From Psychrobacter cryohalolentis K5 (lineage in GTDB: Bacteria > Pseudomonadota > Gammaproteobacteria > Pseudomonadales > Moraxellaceae), in the NCBI RefSeq assembly GCF_000013905.1, contig NC_007969.1, forward strand, positions 1,290,001-1,322,000: a DNA stretch of 32,000 nt, in the 5' to 3' direction. The notes beneath the pieces are model-generated. The model was not told the origin of the DNA, did not search any database, and worked only from the letters and a program-made list of their open reading frames with translations. Numbering within the stretch: position 1 is the first letter of the stretch; each line of letters begins with the position of its first letter. The position numbers and the translations under genes were made by a program. Below, piece by piece: positions 1 to 10,032 of this stretch.

Positions 1-1377
1 TTGCTAACAGATTTGCAGCTTGATGATGCGCCGGCAGGCGGCGCATTAGTGGTTTATAAAGCTGGCAAATGTATCGCACAGGCAAGTGTGGGACTGGCAC
101 GTGCTGATTTATCATGGAATCCAGATACTTTATCATTGAACTTTTCGACTGGTAAAGGCATCTTGACGACACTGGTTCATGTATTGGTATCACAGAAAAA
201 ACTGGATTATGACCTACCGATTGCCTATTACTGGTCAGCATTTGGCGCGCAAAATAAAGAGAAAATTACTTTACGCAGTGTGATGTCGCATCAAGCCGAT
301 CTATTTTCGATTCAAAGTATTGACCTCGATAATGAAACTGTCCTTGATTGGAATATGATGCTAGAGAAAATTGCAGCAATGCCTGTGACTGCCCCTGAGC
401 AGGCGGAATTATACGACAGTGCTTACAGTGCCTTGGTCTATGGTTGGGTGCTGGGCGGCATGATAGAAGCCGTTACTGCGATGCCACTGGCTCAAGCATT
501 ACGCCATTATCTAACAGAGCCATTAGGTATTGCCAACAGCTGCTACTTTGGTGTACCAGAAAATCAGGTCGACAAGGTTGCGCGATTGGTTAAAAACTTT
601 GAGTCAGTAGAAGAAGTGTCAGAAAATGCACAAGAAAGCTCACAACCGCAGTCACGTTCCCGCCGTCATAAACCAGTTTTAAAACCAGATTCAGTAGATA
701 CCTTGCAAACTTATAGCGATTTACCAAGCTATGCCTGCTGGCAACAACAAGCAGCCAATCAGTATGTAATCCAATCAGTAACAGCTGATAATAAAGAGCA
801 GAGAGGGAAAGTATTGCCAACATTGGATACGGCACAAATCAACCGTTTATACTTTGATAACAGTCAGCTGAATCTTAAAAACTATAAAGCAGCCCTGTTA
901 CTTGCGAGCAAAGAGCCGATTGACTATTACCATCCGCAGACTTTACAAGCTACTATCCCTGCTGCCAATGGCGTCGCATCAGCACATGCACTGGCGACGA
1001 TTTATGCGATGTTGGCTAATGGTGGTATGTGGCAAGGGAAAACACTCATTGATGAAACAACTTTTAAGCAGCTATCAACGCCGCAAGTCACTGGTATGGA
1101 TGCCGTTATGCCAGCCCATATGGATTGGCGCTTGGGTTATCATCGCCGCTTTAGTATCTGTGATAGCGATAGTTTTGAGGTAAACACTCACGATACAAAA
1201 TTTCATGCGCCACAAAGTTTTGGACATATGGGCTATAACGGTTCGGTTGCATGGTGCGACCCTGAGCGGCAGCTATCGTTTGCCTTTGTCCATAATTTTG
1301 ATGTGACCATGCTCAATGATATCCGCCAGTTTGCGCTGACGGAAGCCATACTAGGTCTAATTGATGCTGAGATTTAA
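1..1377 (+). CDS. Serine hydrolase of the beta-lactamase / family VIII esterase fold; the 5' end is probably cut by the window edge
   Basis: The frame is open from base 1, so the TTG at 1-3 is only the first codon in the window. An S-x-x-K nucleophile motif (FSTGKG) lies about 50 aa in, with YSA and GHMGYNGS motifs later. Stop TAA at 1375-1377. There is a hydrophilic insertion (EEVSENAQESSQPQSRSRRHK...) in mid-protein. Confidence 0.75.
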   Translation: MLTDLQLDDAPAGGALVVYKAGKCIAQASVGLARADLSWNPDTLSLNFSTGKGILTTLVHVLVSQKKLDYDLPIAYYWSAFGAQNKEKITLRSVMSHQADLFSIQSIDLDNETVLDWNMMLEKIAAMPVTAPEQAELYDSAYSALVYGWVLGGMIEAVTAMPLAQALRHYLTEPLGIANSCYFGVPENQVDKVARLVKNFESVEEVSENAQESSQPQSRSRRHKPVLKPDSVDTLQTYSDLPSYACWQQQAANQYVIQSVTADNKEQRGKVLPTLDTAQINRLYFDNSQLNLKNYKAALLLASKEPIDYYHPQTLQATIPAANGVASAHALATIYAMLANGGMWQGKTLIDETTFKQLSTPQVTGMDAVMPAHMDWRLGYHRRFSICDSDSFEVNTHDTKFHAPQSFGHMGYNGSVAWCDPERQLSFAFVHNFDVTMLNDIRQFALTEAILGLIDAEI

Positions 1378-1434
1378 TCAGCATTATTGCTTTATAAATA
1401 GCATTTTTTAGTTAAAGAAATACTGTTCATCTTA

Positions 1435-2682
1435 TTATTGCGCTTTGTTTGGTGTCATTTTAAGCAGCTGTTTTGCTGTTAGACCATGTATAAAAATAGA
1501 CGCTAAAATTACAATTGAGCACACTATCCAAAGTTTAAGGGCATCTTCATCATTAAAAAACCCTTGGTTGAGTGCATAAGATAAGTAGTACAGGGTACCG
1601 ATGCCGCGGATACCTAGGGCTGATATGGCGTATTTTTCAGTACGCGGTAGATTCAGCCCTGATAAGGCAATAAAGCCGCCAAGCGGACGAATCAATAATA
1701 AAAAAGTAAAGCTGACGATATAGACGCGCCATGTTAGCTCAACGCCAGCTTGTAGACCTTGTCCAAGGAACATGCCAAAGATGACAAGCACCAGTGACAT
1801 GAGTAAACCTTCTGATTGCTCAGCAAAATCATGTAATTTATGATGGTAAGTGTGTTCAGATTCTGAACGACGGAACGCAAATGCCGCGACGAACACGGCA
1901 ATAAAGCCATAACTATGGACGTATTCTGCCAATCCATATGCCACCAAAGTTAAGGCAATGACCACATAACCTTGAGACATAGTCGTCTCACGGCTATACT
2001 TTGAGAACACCAACTTTGCCATGACTTTGCCAACGAAGATGCCGACCAGTAACCCTGCGCCAATCTTCCACAATACATCATGGGTAAACCAAGACCACAG
2101 CATATCGCCCGTAAAACGCTCTCCTTCGCTATAGGCTTCTGCGATCTTAATCGCAAGATATACAAAAGGGAAGGCAAGCCCATCATTTAACCCTGCCTCT
2201 GAGGTTAAGGTAAAGCGTGGTGTATCTTCACCTCCGGTATTGGGCGGTCCAACTTGAATGCTAGAGGCCAATACCGGATCCGTTGGGGCAAGGACAGCGC
2301 CGAGTAAAATCGCAGCACCTATTGTCATACCAAAGGCATAGTAACCTAATACTGCCATCGCAAAGATACCGATGGGCATGGTAATCAGGAGTAGGCGCAT
2401 CGTCGGACGCCATAATCGCCAAGACAGCTCAGTATCAATCTTGATACCCGCACCGACCAAAGAAACCAACACTACGATTTCAGTCAGTTTTTCGATAATC
2501 AGTCCATTATCGATAGGGTTCAAAAATGCCAAACTTGTCCAAAAATAGCCCATCATCAAACCAAAGCTTAATTGCAGCATGGGCAAGGAGATAGGCGTGC
2601 GTTTAAAGATAATCGGAAATAGCGCACCGAATACGAAGGCAATGCCGCAAACCAATAAGAATAAATTGTAATTTTCAATCAT
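1435..2682 (-). CDS. Cation:proton (Na+/H+) antiporter, CPA1/NhaP type
   Basis: Polytopic membrane protein with the LAPTDPVLASS motif typical of NhaP-type exchangers. The ORF is open back to a GTG at 2730. I prefer the ATG at 2682 (MIENYNLFLLVCG...), which begins right at TM1. Neither start has a good SD, so the start is uncertain. Confidence 0.8.
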   Translation of the reverse strand: MIENYNLFLLVCGIAFVFGALFPIIFKRTPISLPMLQLSFGLMMGYFWTSLAFLNPIDNGLIIEKLTEIVVLVSLVGAGIKIDTELSWRLWRPTMRLLLITMPIGIFAMAVLGYYAFGMTIGAAILLGAVLAPTDPVLASSIQVGPPNTGGEDTPRFTLTSEAGLNDGLAFPFVYLAIKIAEAYSEGERFTGDMLWSWFTHDVLWKIGAGLLVGIFVGKVMAKLVFSKYSRETTMSQGYVVIALTLVAYGLAEYVHSYGFIAVFVAAFAFRRSESEHTYHHKLHDFAEQSEGLLMSLVLVIFGMFLGQGLQAGVELTWRVYIVSFTFLLLIRPLGGFIALSGLNLPRTEKYAISALGIRGIGTLYYLSYALNQGFFNDEDALKLWIVCSIVILASIFIHGLTAKQLLKMTPNKAQ

Positions 2683-2828
2683 GAGGTTGGTGCACGCTGT
2701 TATATTTAATTTAAAGTTTAAAAAAGTCACACTTAGTAGCCGTTTATAATGACGGTAAAAACATCTAAATATCGCAAAAAATCGTTATCAGATAGTGATT
2801 AAATAGACAGATACGTTGTTTTTTGGTG

Positions 2829-2854
2829 AAAAAAAGCCTGCATTGCGCAGGCTT
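2829..2854 (-). terminator. Intrinsic terminator downstream of ilvD
   Basis: Stem AGCCTGC (2835-2841) pairs with GCAGGCT (2847-2853). On the minus strand it is followed by TTTTTT (complement of 2829-2834). It lies 40 nt past the ilvD stop. Confidence 0.7.
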
Positions 2855-2893
2855 AATAAATTCAGTTCAAGAAGGGTACTTAAATATTATTGT

Positions 2894-4804
2894 CTAACGT
2901 TCAACTTGGCTGACGTCACGTACAGCGCCCGTATCGGCACTGGTGGTCATTGCAGCATAGGCACGTAAAGCAGGAGAGACATGACGCTCACGGCTAACGG
3001 GTTTCCAAGCATCACGTCCACGACTTTCCATTTCTTCGCGGCGAGCAGCTAACTCTTCATCACTGACCTGCATATTGATGGTACGGTTTGGGATATCAAT
3101 ATGGATAGTATCGCCTTCTTGCACTAGGCCAATGGCGCCGCCTTCAGCGGCTTCTGGGCTGGCATGACCAATAGACAAGCCTGATGTCCCACCAGAGAAG
3201 CGACCATCTGTAAGCAGCGCACATTCTTTGCCTAGGCCTTTAGATTTTAGATAAGTCGTCGGGTAGAGCATCTCTTGCATACCAGGACCGCCTTTTGGAC
3301 CCTCAAAACGGATGATAACTACATCGCCTGCGACGATTTGATCATCAAGCACCGCTGCTACTGCATCATCTTGTGATTCAAAGATGCGTGCACGTCCGGT
3401 GAAAACCAAGATGCTGTCATCAACGCCGGCAGTTTTGACCACACAGCCACGCTCAGCAATGTTTCCGTATAGAACGGCAAGACCGCCATCAGTTGAATAA
3501 GCATGTTGGGCACTTCGGATACAGCCTGACTCTCGGTTCACATCCAGATTTGACCATTCTTTTGATTGTGAGAAAGCCTCAGTCGTCCGTACGCCACCAG
3601 GGGCTGCAATATAGCGTGCACGTGCTTCAAGATTGTCAGGATTCATAATATCCCATTTATCAATCGCTTCTTTCATCGTGGCACTATGGATAGTTGGCAA
3701 ATCGGTATGCAGCAAACCAGCACGGTCAAGCTCGGCCAATAGCGCAAAGACACCACCAGCACGATGCACATCTTCCATATGATACTTTTGTGAAGCAGGG
3801 GCAACTTTAGCCAAACAAGGGACGCCACGACTTAAACGGTCAATATCGTGCATTTTGAAGTCGACTTCGGCTTCATGTGCAGCAGCAAGCAAATGCAAAA
3901 TAGTATTGGTAGAGCCGCCCATGGCGATGTCTAAAGTCATGGCATTTTCAAACGCGGCTTTAGTAGCGATAGAGCGCGGTAGGACTGAATCATCATCTTG
4001 CTCGTAGCGACGTTTGGCTAGTGACACGATAGTACGACCCGCTTCTAGGAATAGCTCGCGACGTAGCGAATGGGTTGCCAATAGCGAGCCATTACCCGGT
4101 AATGCCAATCCTAATGCTTCGGTCAAGCAATTCATCGAGTTGGCAGTGAACATGCCAGAGCACGACCCACAAGTCGGGCACGCTGAGGCCTCAATAGCAG
4201 CGACATCTTCATCACTAATGCTATCATCGGCCGCGTCCATCATCGCATCAACGAGGTCAAGCTTACGAATGGCATTACCTTTACTGTCAGTGCTATGGAC
4301 GTCGCTACTACCATCATTATTATGACTGTGTGCGACCGTGCTGGCGATAATTTTACCCGCTTCCATTGGGCCACCTGAAATAAAGACGACGGGGATATTG
4401 AGGCGCATGGCTGCCATCAACATACCCGGAGTGATTTTATCGCAGTTAGAAATACATACTAGCGCATCGGCGCAGTGGGCATTGACCATATACTCGACAG
4501 AATCAGCAATCAAATCTCGACTCGGTAGTGAATACAACATGCCGCTATGACCCATGGCAATACCATCATCAACAGCAATGGTATTAAATTCTTTTGCCAC
4601 GCCACCCGCTTTTTCAATCTCGCGTGCAACCATTTGTCCCAAATCTTTTAAATGCACATGGCCGGGTACAAACTGGGTAAAAGAGTTGGCAATTGCAATA
4701 ATAGGTTTGCCAAAGTCGCCATCAGTCATGCCAGTTGCGCGCCACAGGGCACGAGCACCTGCCATATTACGACCGCCGGTAGAGGTTTTTGAATTGTAAT
4801 CCAT
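2894..4804 (-). CDS. ilvD: Dihydroxy-acid dehydratase
   Basis: The N-terminus [18 protein letters not shown], the [12 protein letters not shown] block, the Fe-S cysteine region [16 protein letters not shown] and the C-terminal [18 protein letters not shown] are all hallmark IlvD blocks. At 636 aa it is about 20 aa longer than the E. coli enzyme because of one insertion (see findings). Confidence 0.96.
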   Translation of the reverse strand: MDYNSKTSTGGRNMAGARALWRATGMTDGDFGKPIIAIANSFTQFVPGHVHLKDLGQMVAREIEKAGGVAKEFNTIAVDDGIAMGHSGMLYSLPSRDLIADSVEYMVNAHCADALVCISNCDKITPGMLMAAMRLNIPVVFISGGPMEAGKIIASTVAHSHNNDGSSDVHSTDSKGNAIRKLDLVDAMMDAADDSISDEDVAAIEASACPTCGSCSGMFTANSMNCLTEALGLALPGNGSLLATHSLRRELFLEAGRTIVSLAKRRYEQDDDSVLPRSIATKAAFENAMTLDIAMGGSTNTILHLLAAAHEAEVDFKMHDIDRLSRGVPCLAKVAPASQKYHMEDVHRAGGVFALLAELDRAGLLHTDLPTIHSATMKEAIDKWDIMNPDNLEARARYIAAPGGVRTTEAFSQSKEWSNLDVNRESGCIRSAQHAYSTDGGLAVLYGNIAERGCVVKTAGVDDSILVFTGRARIFESQDDAVAAVLDDQIVAGDVVIIRFEGPKGGPGMQEMLYPTTYLKSKGLGKECALLTDGRFSGGTSGLSIGHASPEAAEGGAIGLVQEGDTIHIDIPNRTINMQVSDEELAARREEMESRGRDAWKPVSRERHVSPALRAYAAMTTSADTGAVRDVSQVER

Positions 4805-4984
4805 GTGGTATTCCTTACAAATGAGCGAGATTTATTAATATGTGCAGCATCCGCTGCAATGTTGATAGTGTGCTTTTTATACCGGGCGAGTACTAGTGAA
4901 TAATACTAAGTCGTTACCATACCATTAGATATGAGTAACTGAAAATAATTAACCTATAACAAAAAAGACTTAAGGGTCAATCAT

Positions 4985-5758
4985 TTATGCAATGCGCTCC
5001 AAAATAGCGGTTTCAAACCAAGGGAGTTCAGCTTTATCTGCTTCTAGCTTGGCAATGACGACTAAGGCGTGAGTCGCTGGTAGGTATTGATACTCCATAT
5101 TGGCTTCTATCGTCAATGGTAGCGGCTGATTGGTTTCTGTATCAATGCTCAGCTCGTCAATACTAATCAGTGCTTGTTTGTTGTTTTTATACAGGATATC
5201 AATACGACCAAAAAACTGCCATTCTTTAAAGGCTGCAATGATAGCATCATCTTTATCTTTAGTATAAATCTGCTGCGTCTCTTTACCAGTATTGGTCCAA
5301 TGCAAACGCACAGCGAGTTGTAATGCTTCGCTAAATACCACCAATGAGCCAATCACCTTGACATGCCACGGATTGGATATGAGTGCTTCATCGATACCAA
5401 TTAGCTTGGCAGCTTCTTGCGCTGTCATCGGTGTATTAAATTGTGCCAGTAGCTTTGGGGTTAAAGGATAGGTCTGCTTAACGACATCGTCCAAACTGTC
5501 ATAATGATATAAAAATGGCAGCGGTAAGTCTTGAGTGATGGTCTTTTGACTGATTTTACAGTTATGAATACGCCAACTGATGGCTTTATCAGTCAATGCT
5601 TGCGCTAATATAATGGCATTTGGGTCAGTAGCTGGAGGGTTATTTGCCCCAAGCGTTTGCTCATGCTCACCATCGTTTATGGTAGCGTCATTGATAGACT
5701 GCGTATGAGCGTCAGTATTATTAGATAATTGAGTTGGCAAGGCAGTCAAATCCATCAT
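4985..5758 (-). CDS. Hypothetical protein (257 aa), no family recognised
   Basis: Long uninterrupted ORF in the same orientation as ilvD, with codon usage like its neighbours. The N-terminal 50 aa are low complexity (T/N/D/A rich). No motif I can assign. No obvious SD. Confidence 0.6.
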   Translation of the reverse strand: MMDLTALPTQLSNNTDAHTQSINDATINDGEHEQTLGANNPPATDPNAIILAQALTDKAISWRIHNCKISQKTITQDLPLPFLYHYDSLDDVVKQTYPLTPKLLAQFNTPMTAQEAAKLIGIDEALISNPWHVKVIGSLVVFSEALQLAVRLHWTNTGKETQQIYTKDKDDAIIAAFKEWQFFGRIDILYKNNKQALISIDELSIDTETNQPLPLTIEANMEYQYLPATHALVVIAKLEADKAELPWFETAILERIA

Positions 5759-5996
5759 GGTAAGGTCATCGAGAGAGTAGATTAATATAACATTTATCGC
5801 GCATGGCTCGTCAATAATTTAATCATCAACGAGAGCAGCAAGTTAGTTCATGAAGATCAATCAGTGATTATCTGATACTTGTACTTAAGTGAGATTTCGT
5901 CCACTATATTTAATGGTGTAAGTATTCGTTTAATACTCGCTATCCAAACAATACTAACTTTGATTCAATAATAATACAGGTTAAAGGAATAAGATA

Positions 5997-6437
5997 ATGA
6001 GCCAAGCCAATCCGCAAACTACTTATAAAGACGATAATATTTTTGCCAAAATGCTCGATGGCGATATCCCTTATCATAAAGTTTATGAAGATGATAAGAC
6101 TCTTGCTTTTATGGATATCATGCCACAAGCAAAGGGGCATGTTTTGGTCATTCCTAAGCAAAAAGCGGTGGACTTAGCTGATCTTGAACCTGAATATGCG
6201 GCAGCTGTGTTGATGACGGCTAAAAAAGTCATGGAAGCCCAACGTCAGGTATTTAATCGTGAAGGCATTGTCCAAATGCAGCTAAATGGTGCAGAAGCGG
6301 GGCAAACGGTGTTTCATTATCATGTGCACCTGATTCCTTCTAGTATTCATGAGCTTGGTCGCCATGCCGTCACACAAGCAGATCATGCCGAGCTTGCAAA
6401 AACAGCTGAACAACTGGCAGCGATTATTACTGCGTAA
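5997..6437 (+). CDS. HIT (histidine triad) family nucleotide hydrolase/transferase
   Basis: Histidine triad HYHVHLIP near the C-terminus and a typical N-terminal IFAKMLDGDIPYHKVYEDD block. AAGGA SD lies 8 nt upstream of the ATG. Confidence 0.9.
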   Translation: MSQANPQTTYKDDNIFAKMLDGDIPYHKVYEDDKTLAFMDIMPQAKGHVLVIPKQKAVDLADLEPEYAAAVLMTAKKVMEAQRQVFNREGIVQMQLNGAEAGQTVFHYHVHLIPSSIHELGRHAVTQADHAELAKTAEQLAAIITA

Positions 6438-6503
6438 TTTTAAAAACGTCTATCGTTGTTCTGAGTTAAAAGAACAGATAGTACTTACTCTTTAGATAAT
6501 AAT

Positions 6504-6538
6504 AAAAGGGCAACTAACAAGTTGCCTTTTTTGTTTTT
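6504..6538 (+). terminator. Intrinsic terminator after the HIT gene
   Basis: AAAAGGGCAACT (6504-6515) pairs with AGTTGCCTTTT (6520-6530) and is followed by a TTTTTGTTTTT tract. Confidence 0.75.
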
Positions 6539-6657
6539 AGGTAATAGTGCTGTAACAATAGTTCAAGTAATGTGACAAATGGGCAGCAATACTGGGGTTA
6601 GTAATCGGTTTGTGGTAAACATTAAGTCTACTTGATCGTTAATATAAGAATCTGCTT

Positions 6658-8706
6658 ATGAAGAACAAATCCTCCCGTTCCACTATTCTTTTGCCCGTCT
6701 TCGTGCCGGCAGCAGCCATTATGCTGCTATTAGTGATTGGTACTGCCATTAATCCTGAGTCTGCTGGGGAACTATTTAGCACCGTTCTGAATTTTACCAC
6801 TGAGACTTTCGGCTGGTTCTATATGTTAGCAGTCGCTATATTTTTGATGTTTATCCTTGTCTTGGCGTTTTCGTCTTATGGCAGTATTAAACTGGGACCA
6901 GATCATGCTCAGGCTGAGTATAATTTTCTTGAGTGGTTTGCCATGCTGTTTTCTGCAGGGTATGGGATTGCTTTACTATTTTACGGCGTAGCAGAGCCAG
7001 TCATACACTTTGCCAGTCCGCCACTCTCAACGCCGCAGACTATTGAGGCCGCAAAAGAAGCAATGCAAATTGCCTATTTTCACTGGGGTTTTCATATTTG
7101 GGCGATCTATGGCGTGGTTGGTCTGTCACTGGCATATTTCTCTTTTCGTCATGGCTTGCCCTTGTCAATGCGCTCAACACTATATCCACTCATTGGTGAT
7201 AAAATTTATGGTCCGATTGGACATACTGTTGATGTGTTTGCCATTGTGGGCACGATGTTTGGTATCGCAACCAGTTTGGGGATTTCTGTATCACAGATCA
7301 ATGCCGGGTTAAATTATCTATTACCAAATACGATACCTGTTAGTATTACAGTTCAGGTGATTATCATTGCGCTGGTGACACTAGCAGCTTTGGCATCTGT
7401 TCTCGCTGGCATGGATAAAGGGGTAAAGCGACTCTCAATTTTGAACATGATGTTAGCAACGGGGCTGATGCTGTTTGTTTTTATCGTGGGTCCAACCATC
7501 TTTATTCTAAACGCCTTTATGGAAAACACGGGCAGCTATTTAGGCAATATTGTTGAGCGTACTTTTAGTTTACAGGCTTATCAATCGAGTGATTGGATCG
7601 GCAGTTGGACACTCTTTATCTTTGCATGGACGATTGCTTGGGCACCCTTTGTCGGATTGTTTATTGCCAAGATTAGTCGGGGTCGTACTATCCGTGAGTT
7701 TGTATTAGGCGTGATGTTAGTACCAACCTTCTTTACATTCTTTTGGTTCGCGGTTTTTGGTGATACAGCGCTCCATATGATTATGGTTGATGGCTACGAT
7801 GCACTCATTACTGAAGTGCAGAACAACCAAGCAATTGCGTTATTTAAATTATTAGAGAACTTGCCTTTTACTCAGATAGTGTCGTCATTAACAGTACTAT
7901 TAATTATTACCTTTTTTGTGACCTCATCAGATTCAGGGTCGTTGGTGATTGACTCTCTTGCAGCGGGTGGACGCAGTGATACGCCATGGTGGCAACGTAC
8001 CTTTTGGGTAGTGACTGAAGGGGCAGTTGCCGCGGCTTTACTGGTAGCTGGTGGACTGACAGCATTGCAGACTGCTGCTATTATCAGCGCCTTACCCTTT
8101 GCCGTTATTATATTGATTTCGATATTTGGCATGTGGCGAGCGCTACGTATTGAAGGTCATCGTAACCAGAGTTTAGGTAACGATAACCATTTGCCGCCGC
8201 ATCTACTGAAACTAGAGGCTTGGCGCGAGCGTATTGATTATATGACTGAGCAGCCAACACGCGATAAAGTGCTTAGTTATATCAGAGGAACAATTTTATC
8301 TTCTATGAACGAAGTGGCTGAGAAGTTCGCCGATACAGGTTGGTTACCTGATGTGAATTATGATGAGATCAATAACCGCGCTGTATTAGAATTGAGAAGT
8401 GGCGATAATGTGGAGTTCTGGTACGAGGTTCGCTTATCAGAGCATGATATTCCTGATTATTATACGGAAGATATGGCAAACAAATTGCCGCAAGAGCACC
8501 ATTACCGTGCTGAAGTGTATTTGCGCCGTGGTGGTCAGACCTATGATTTATATGGTTATGAATCAGTGTCGATTATTAATGACATTATCGATCAGTTTGA
8601 GAAATATCTACACTTTGTCAATGTTTCACCAGATATTCTACCGTGGCGTATGCAAGAGCATGATGAAGATATAACGCTTGAGCAGGGCAGTGTGTTTGAT
8701 AAATAG
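6658..8706 (+). CDS. betT: BCCT-family osmoprotectant transporter, BetT-like (choline/betaine), with a long cytoplasmic C-terminal domain
   Basis: BCCT signature WTIAWAPFVGLFIAKISRGRTIREF and 12 predicted TM segments. The C-terminal tail of about 170 aa (…IINDIIDQFEKYLHFV) parallels the E. coli BetT tail as I remember it (…ITDILDQYERHLNFI). The substrate cannot be fixed from sequence. Confidence 0.8.
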   Translation: MKNKSSRSTILLPVFVPAAAIMLLLVIGTAINPESAGELFSTVLNFTTETFGWFYMLAVAIFLMFILVLAFSSYGSIKLGPDHAQAEYNFLEWFAMLFSAGYGIALLFYGVAEPVIHFASPPLSTPQTIEAAKEAMQIAYFHWGFHIWAIYGVVGLSLAYFSFRHGLPLSMRSTLYPLIGDKIYGPIGHTVDVFAIVGTMFGIATSLGISVSQINAGLNYLLPNTIPVSITVQVIIIALVTLAALASVLAGMDKGVKRLSILNMMLATGLMLFVFIVGPTIFILNAFMENTGSYLGNIVERTFSLQAYQSSDWIGSWTLFIFAWTIAWAPFVGLFIAKISRGRTIREFVLGVMLVPTFFTFFWFAVFGDTALHMIMVDGYDALITEVQNNQAIALFKLLENLPFTQIVSSLTVLLIITFFVTSSDSGSLVIDSLAAGGRSDTPWWQRTFWVVTEGAVAAALLVAGGLTALQTAAIISALPFAVIILISIFGMWRALRIEGHRNQSLGNDNHLPPHLLKLEAWRERIDYMTEQPTRDKVLSYIRGTILSSMNEVAEKFADTGWLPDVNYDEINNRAVLELRSGDNVEFWYEVRLSEHDIPDYYTEDMANKLPQEHHYRAEVYLRRGGQTYDLYGYESVSIINDIIDQFEKYLHFVNVSPDILPWRMQEHDEDITLEQGSVFDK

Positions 8707-8799
8707 GTATATTAAACAGGACATTCAATGTTGATAAACTTTATGAGCTGAGCAAATGATTACGTAATCCCTTGCAATATGCGCACGAATCCTTAGAAT

Positions 8800-8835
8800 A
8801 ACGGCTTGTTTTCATTGCCAATCAAGCCGTTTTTT
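8800..8835 (+). terminator. Strong hairpin plus T-tract downstream of the BCCT gene, directly abutting the dusB ATG
   Basis: Perfect 9-bp stem AACGGCTTG (8800-8808) / CAAGCCGTT (8823-8831), followed by TTTT (8832-8835). Confidence 0.6.
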
Positions 8836-9867
8836 ATGTCTATTGATTCTCCAGTTTTACCTTCGTCTAATCCTACCTCAGACCACCCTTTATTGCAGCC
8901 ACTCGTGATTGGCGGCTTGACGATTGAGAACCGTTTGATAGTTGCACCGATGGCTGGCGTGACAGACAACCCTTTTCGCAGATTGTGCAAATCTTTTGGT
9001 GCAGGTCATGCAGTCAGTGAAATGATTATCGCTGATACGGCATTGTATGCGCGCAAAAAATCGCTCTATCGTGCCAATTTTGATAATGAAATCGCGCCAA
9101 TTTCGGCACAAATTGCTGGAGCTGAACCTGATAAATTGGCAGAAGCGGCGCGTTATCAGATTGATAATGGTGCACAAATTATTGATATTAATATGGGCTG
9201 CCCTGCCAAAAAAGTTTGCCGTAAATTGGCAGGCTCTGCACTATTGCAAGATGAGGATTTGGTTGCGCGCTTGCTAGATGCTGCGGTGAATGCCGTCGAT
9301 GCGCCCGTTACTTTAAAAACGCGCTTGGGCTATGAGAATGGCCGTGAAAATATTTTGCGTGTTGCAAAGCGAGCAGAGCAAGCGGGTATAGCTGCTATTG
9401 CCATCCATGGGCGTACGCGTGAAGATATGTATACCGGAGAGGCGCGCTATGAGCTGATTCGTGAAGTCAAAGAAAGCATCAGTATTCCAGTAATTGCCAA
9501 TGGTGATATCGATAGTGCGCAAAAAGCGCAGCGTGTTTATGAGCTGACCGGCTGCGATGCGGTGATGATTGGACGCGCTGCACAAGGACAACCATGGATA
9601 TTTCGCGATATCGAGCATTTTTTGCGCACAGGTGAGACGCTGGCATCACCCAGTGTTAGCGAGATAAAAGGAATTGTACTGACACATTTAGAAGAGCTAT
9701 ACGGTTTTTATGGTGAATACTCAGGCTGCCGTATTGCTCGCAAGCACATTGCTTGGTATACCACCGGTATTCCGAACTCTAACGCCTTTAGGCAAGCCAT
9801 GTATGGTGAGGAAAGTACCGCCGGACAGTTCCGTGTGGTAGAGGATTTTTTGAATGCTCATGAATAA
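8836..9867 (+). CDS. dusB: tRNA-dihydrouridine synthase B
   Basis: NRLIVAPMAGVTDNPFRRLC, IDINMGCPAKKV and HGRTR blocks are typical of the Dus family, and the length and C-terminal helical domain fit DusB. The start is uncertain. Candidates are ATG 8836 (used here), TTG 8806 (the ORF-track start, inside the hairpin), and TTG 8893 or GTG 8905. Confidence 0.88.
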   Translation: MSIDSPVLPSSNPTSDHPLLQPLVIGGLTIENRLIVAPMAGVTDNPFRRLCKSFGAGHAVSEMIIADTALYARKKSLYRANFDNEIAPISAQIAGAEPDKLAEAARYQIDNGAQIIDINMGCPAKKVCRKLAGSALLQDEDLVARLLDAAVNAVDAPVTLKTRLGYENGRENILRVAKRAEQAGIAAIAIHGRTREDMYTGEARYELIREVKESISIPVIANGDIDSAQKAQRVYELTGCDAVMIGRAAQGQPWIFRDIEHFLRTGETLASPSVSEIKGIVLTHLEELYGFYGEYSGCRIARKHIAWYTTGIPNSNAFRQAMYGEESTAGQFRVVEDFLNAHE

Positions 9868-9928
9868 ACAATGAAGAGCATATGTCGAGCACAAAGTGAT
9901 CCATACTTCATCTAGTAAGAATGTCTAT

Positions 9929-9941
9929 CCAGTTAAACTGG
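9929..9941 (+). terminator. Weak hairpin with a T-rich tail after dusB
   Basis: CCAGT-TAA-ACTGG followed by CTTTATTGCTTATTTATTT. The stem is short, so confidence is low. Confidence 0.25.
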
Positions 9942-10032
9942 CTTTATTGCTTATTTATTTCCTTTAACCTATATTTCTTTGTTATGATTTAGGTAAATAT
10001 TAACGGAAGTCTAATTTTTAAAAGGATGTTTC

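Noticed and set aside
4014-4799. Three consecutive plus-strand ORFs (103, 70 and 81 aa) covering most of the ilvD locus
   Set aside because: They are antisense to a confidently identified, full-length ilvD. Their products are Ala/Ser/Pro/Leu-rich, as is typical of shadow frames. They have no SD and no recognisable motifs.
5940-6161. 73-aa minus-strand ORF overlapping the HIT gene start
   Set aside because: It is antisense to a gene with a clear HIT motif and SD, so it is a shadow ORF.
9868-10032. fis gene downstream of dusB
   Set aside because: Only 165 bp lie before the next gene and they contain no ORF, so fis is not at this position. Absence from the genome cannot be inferred from this window.
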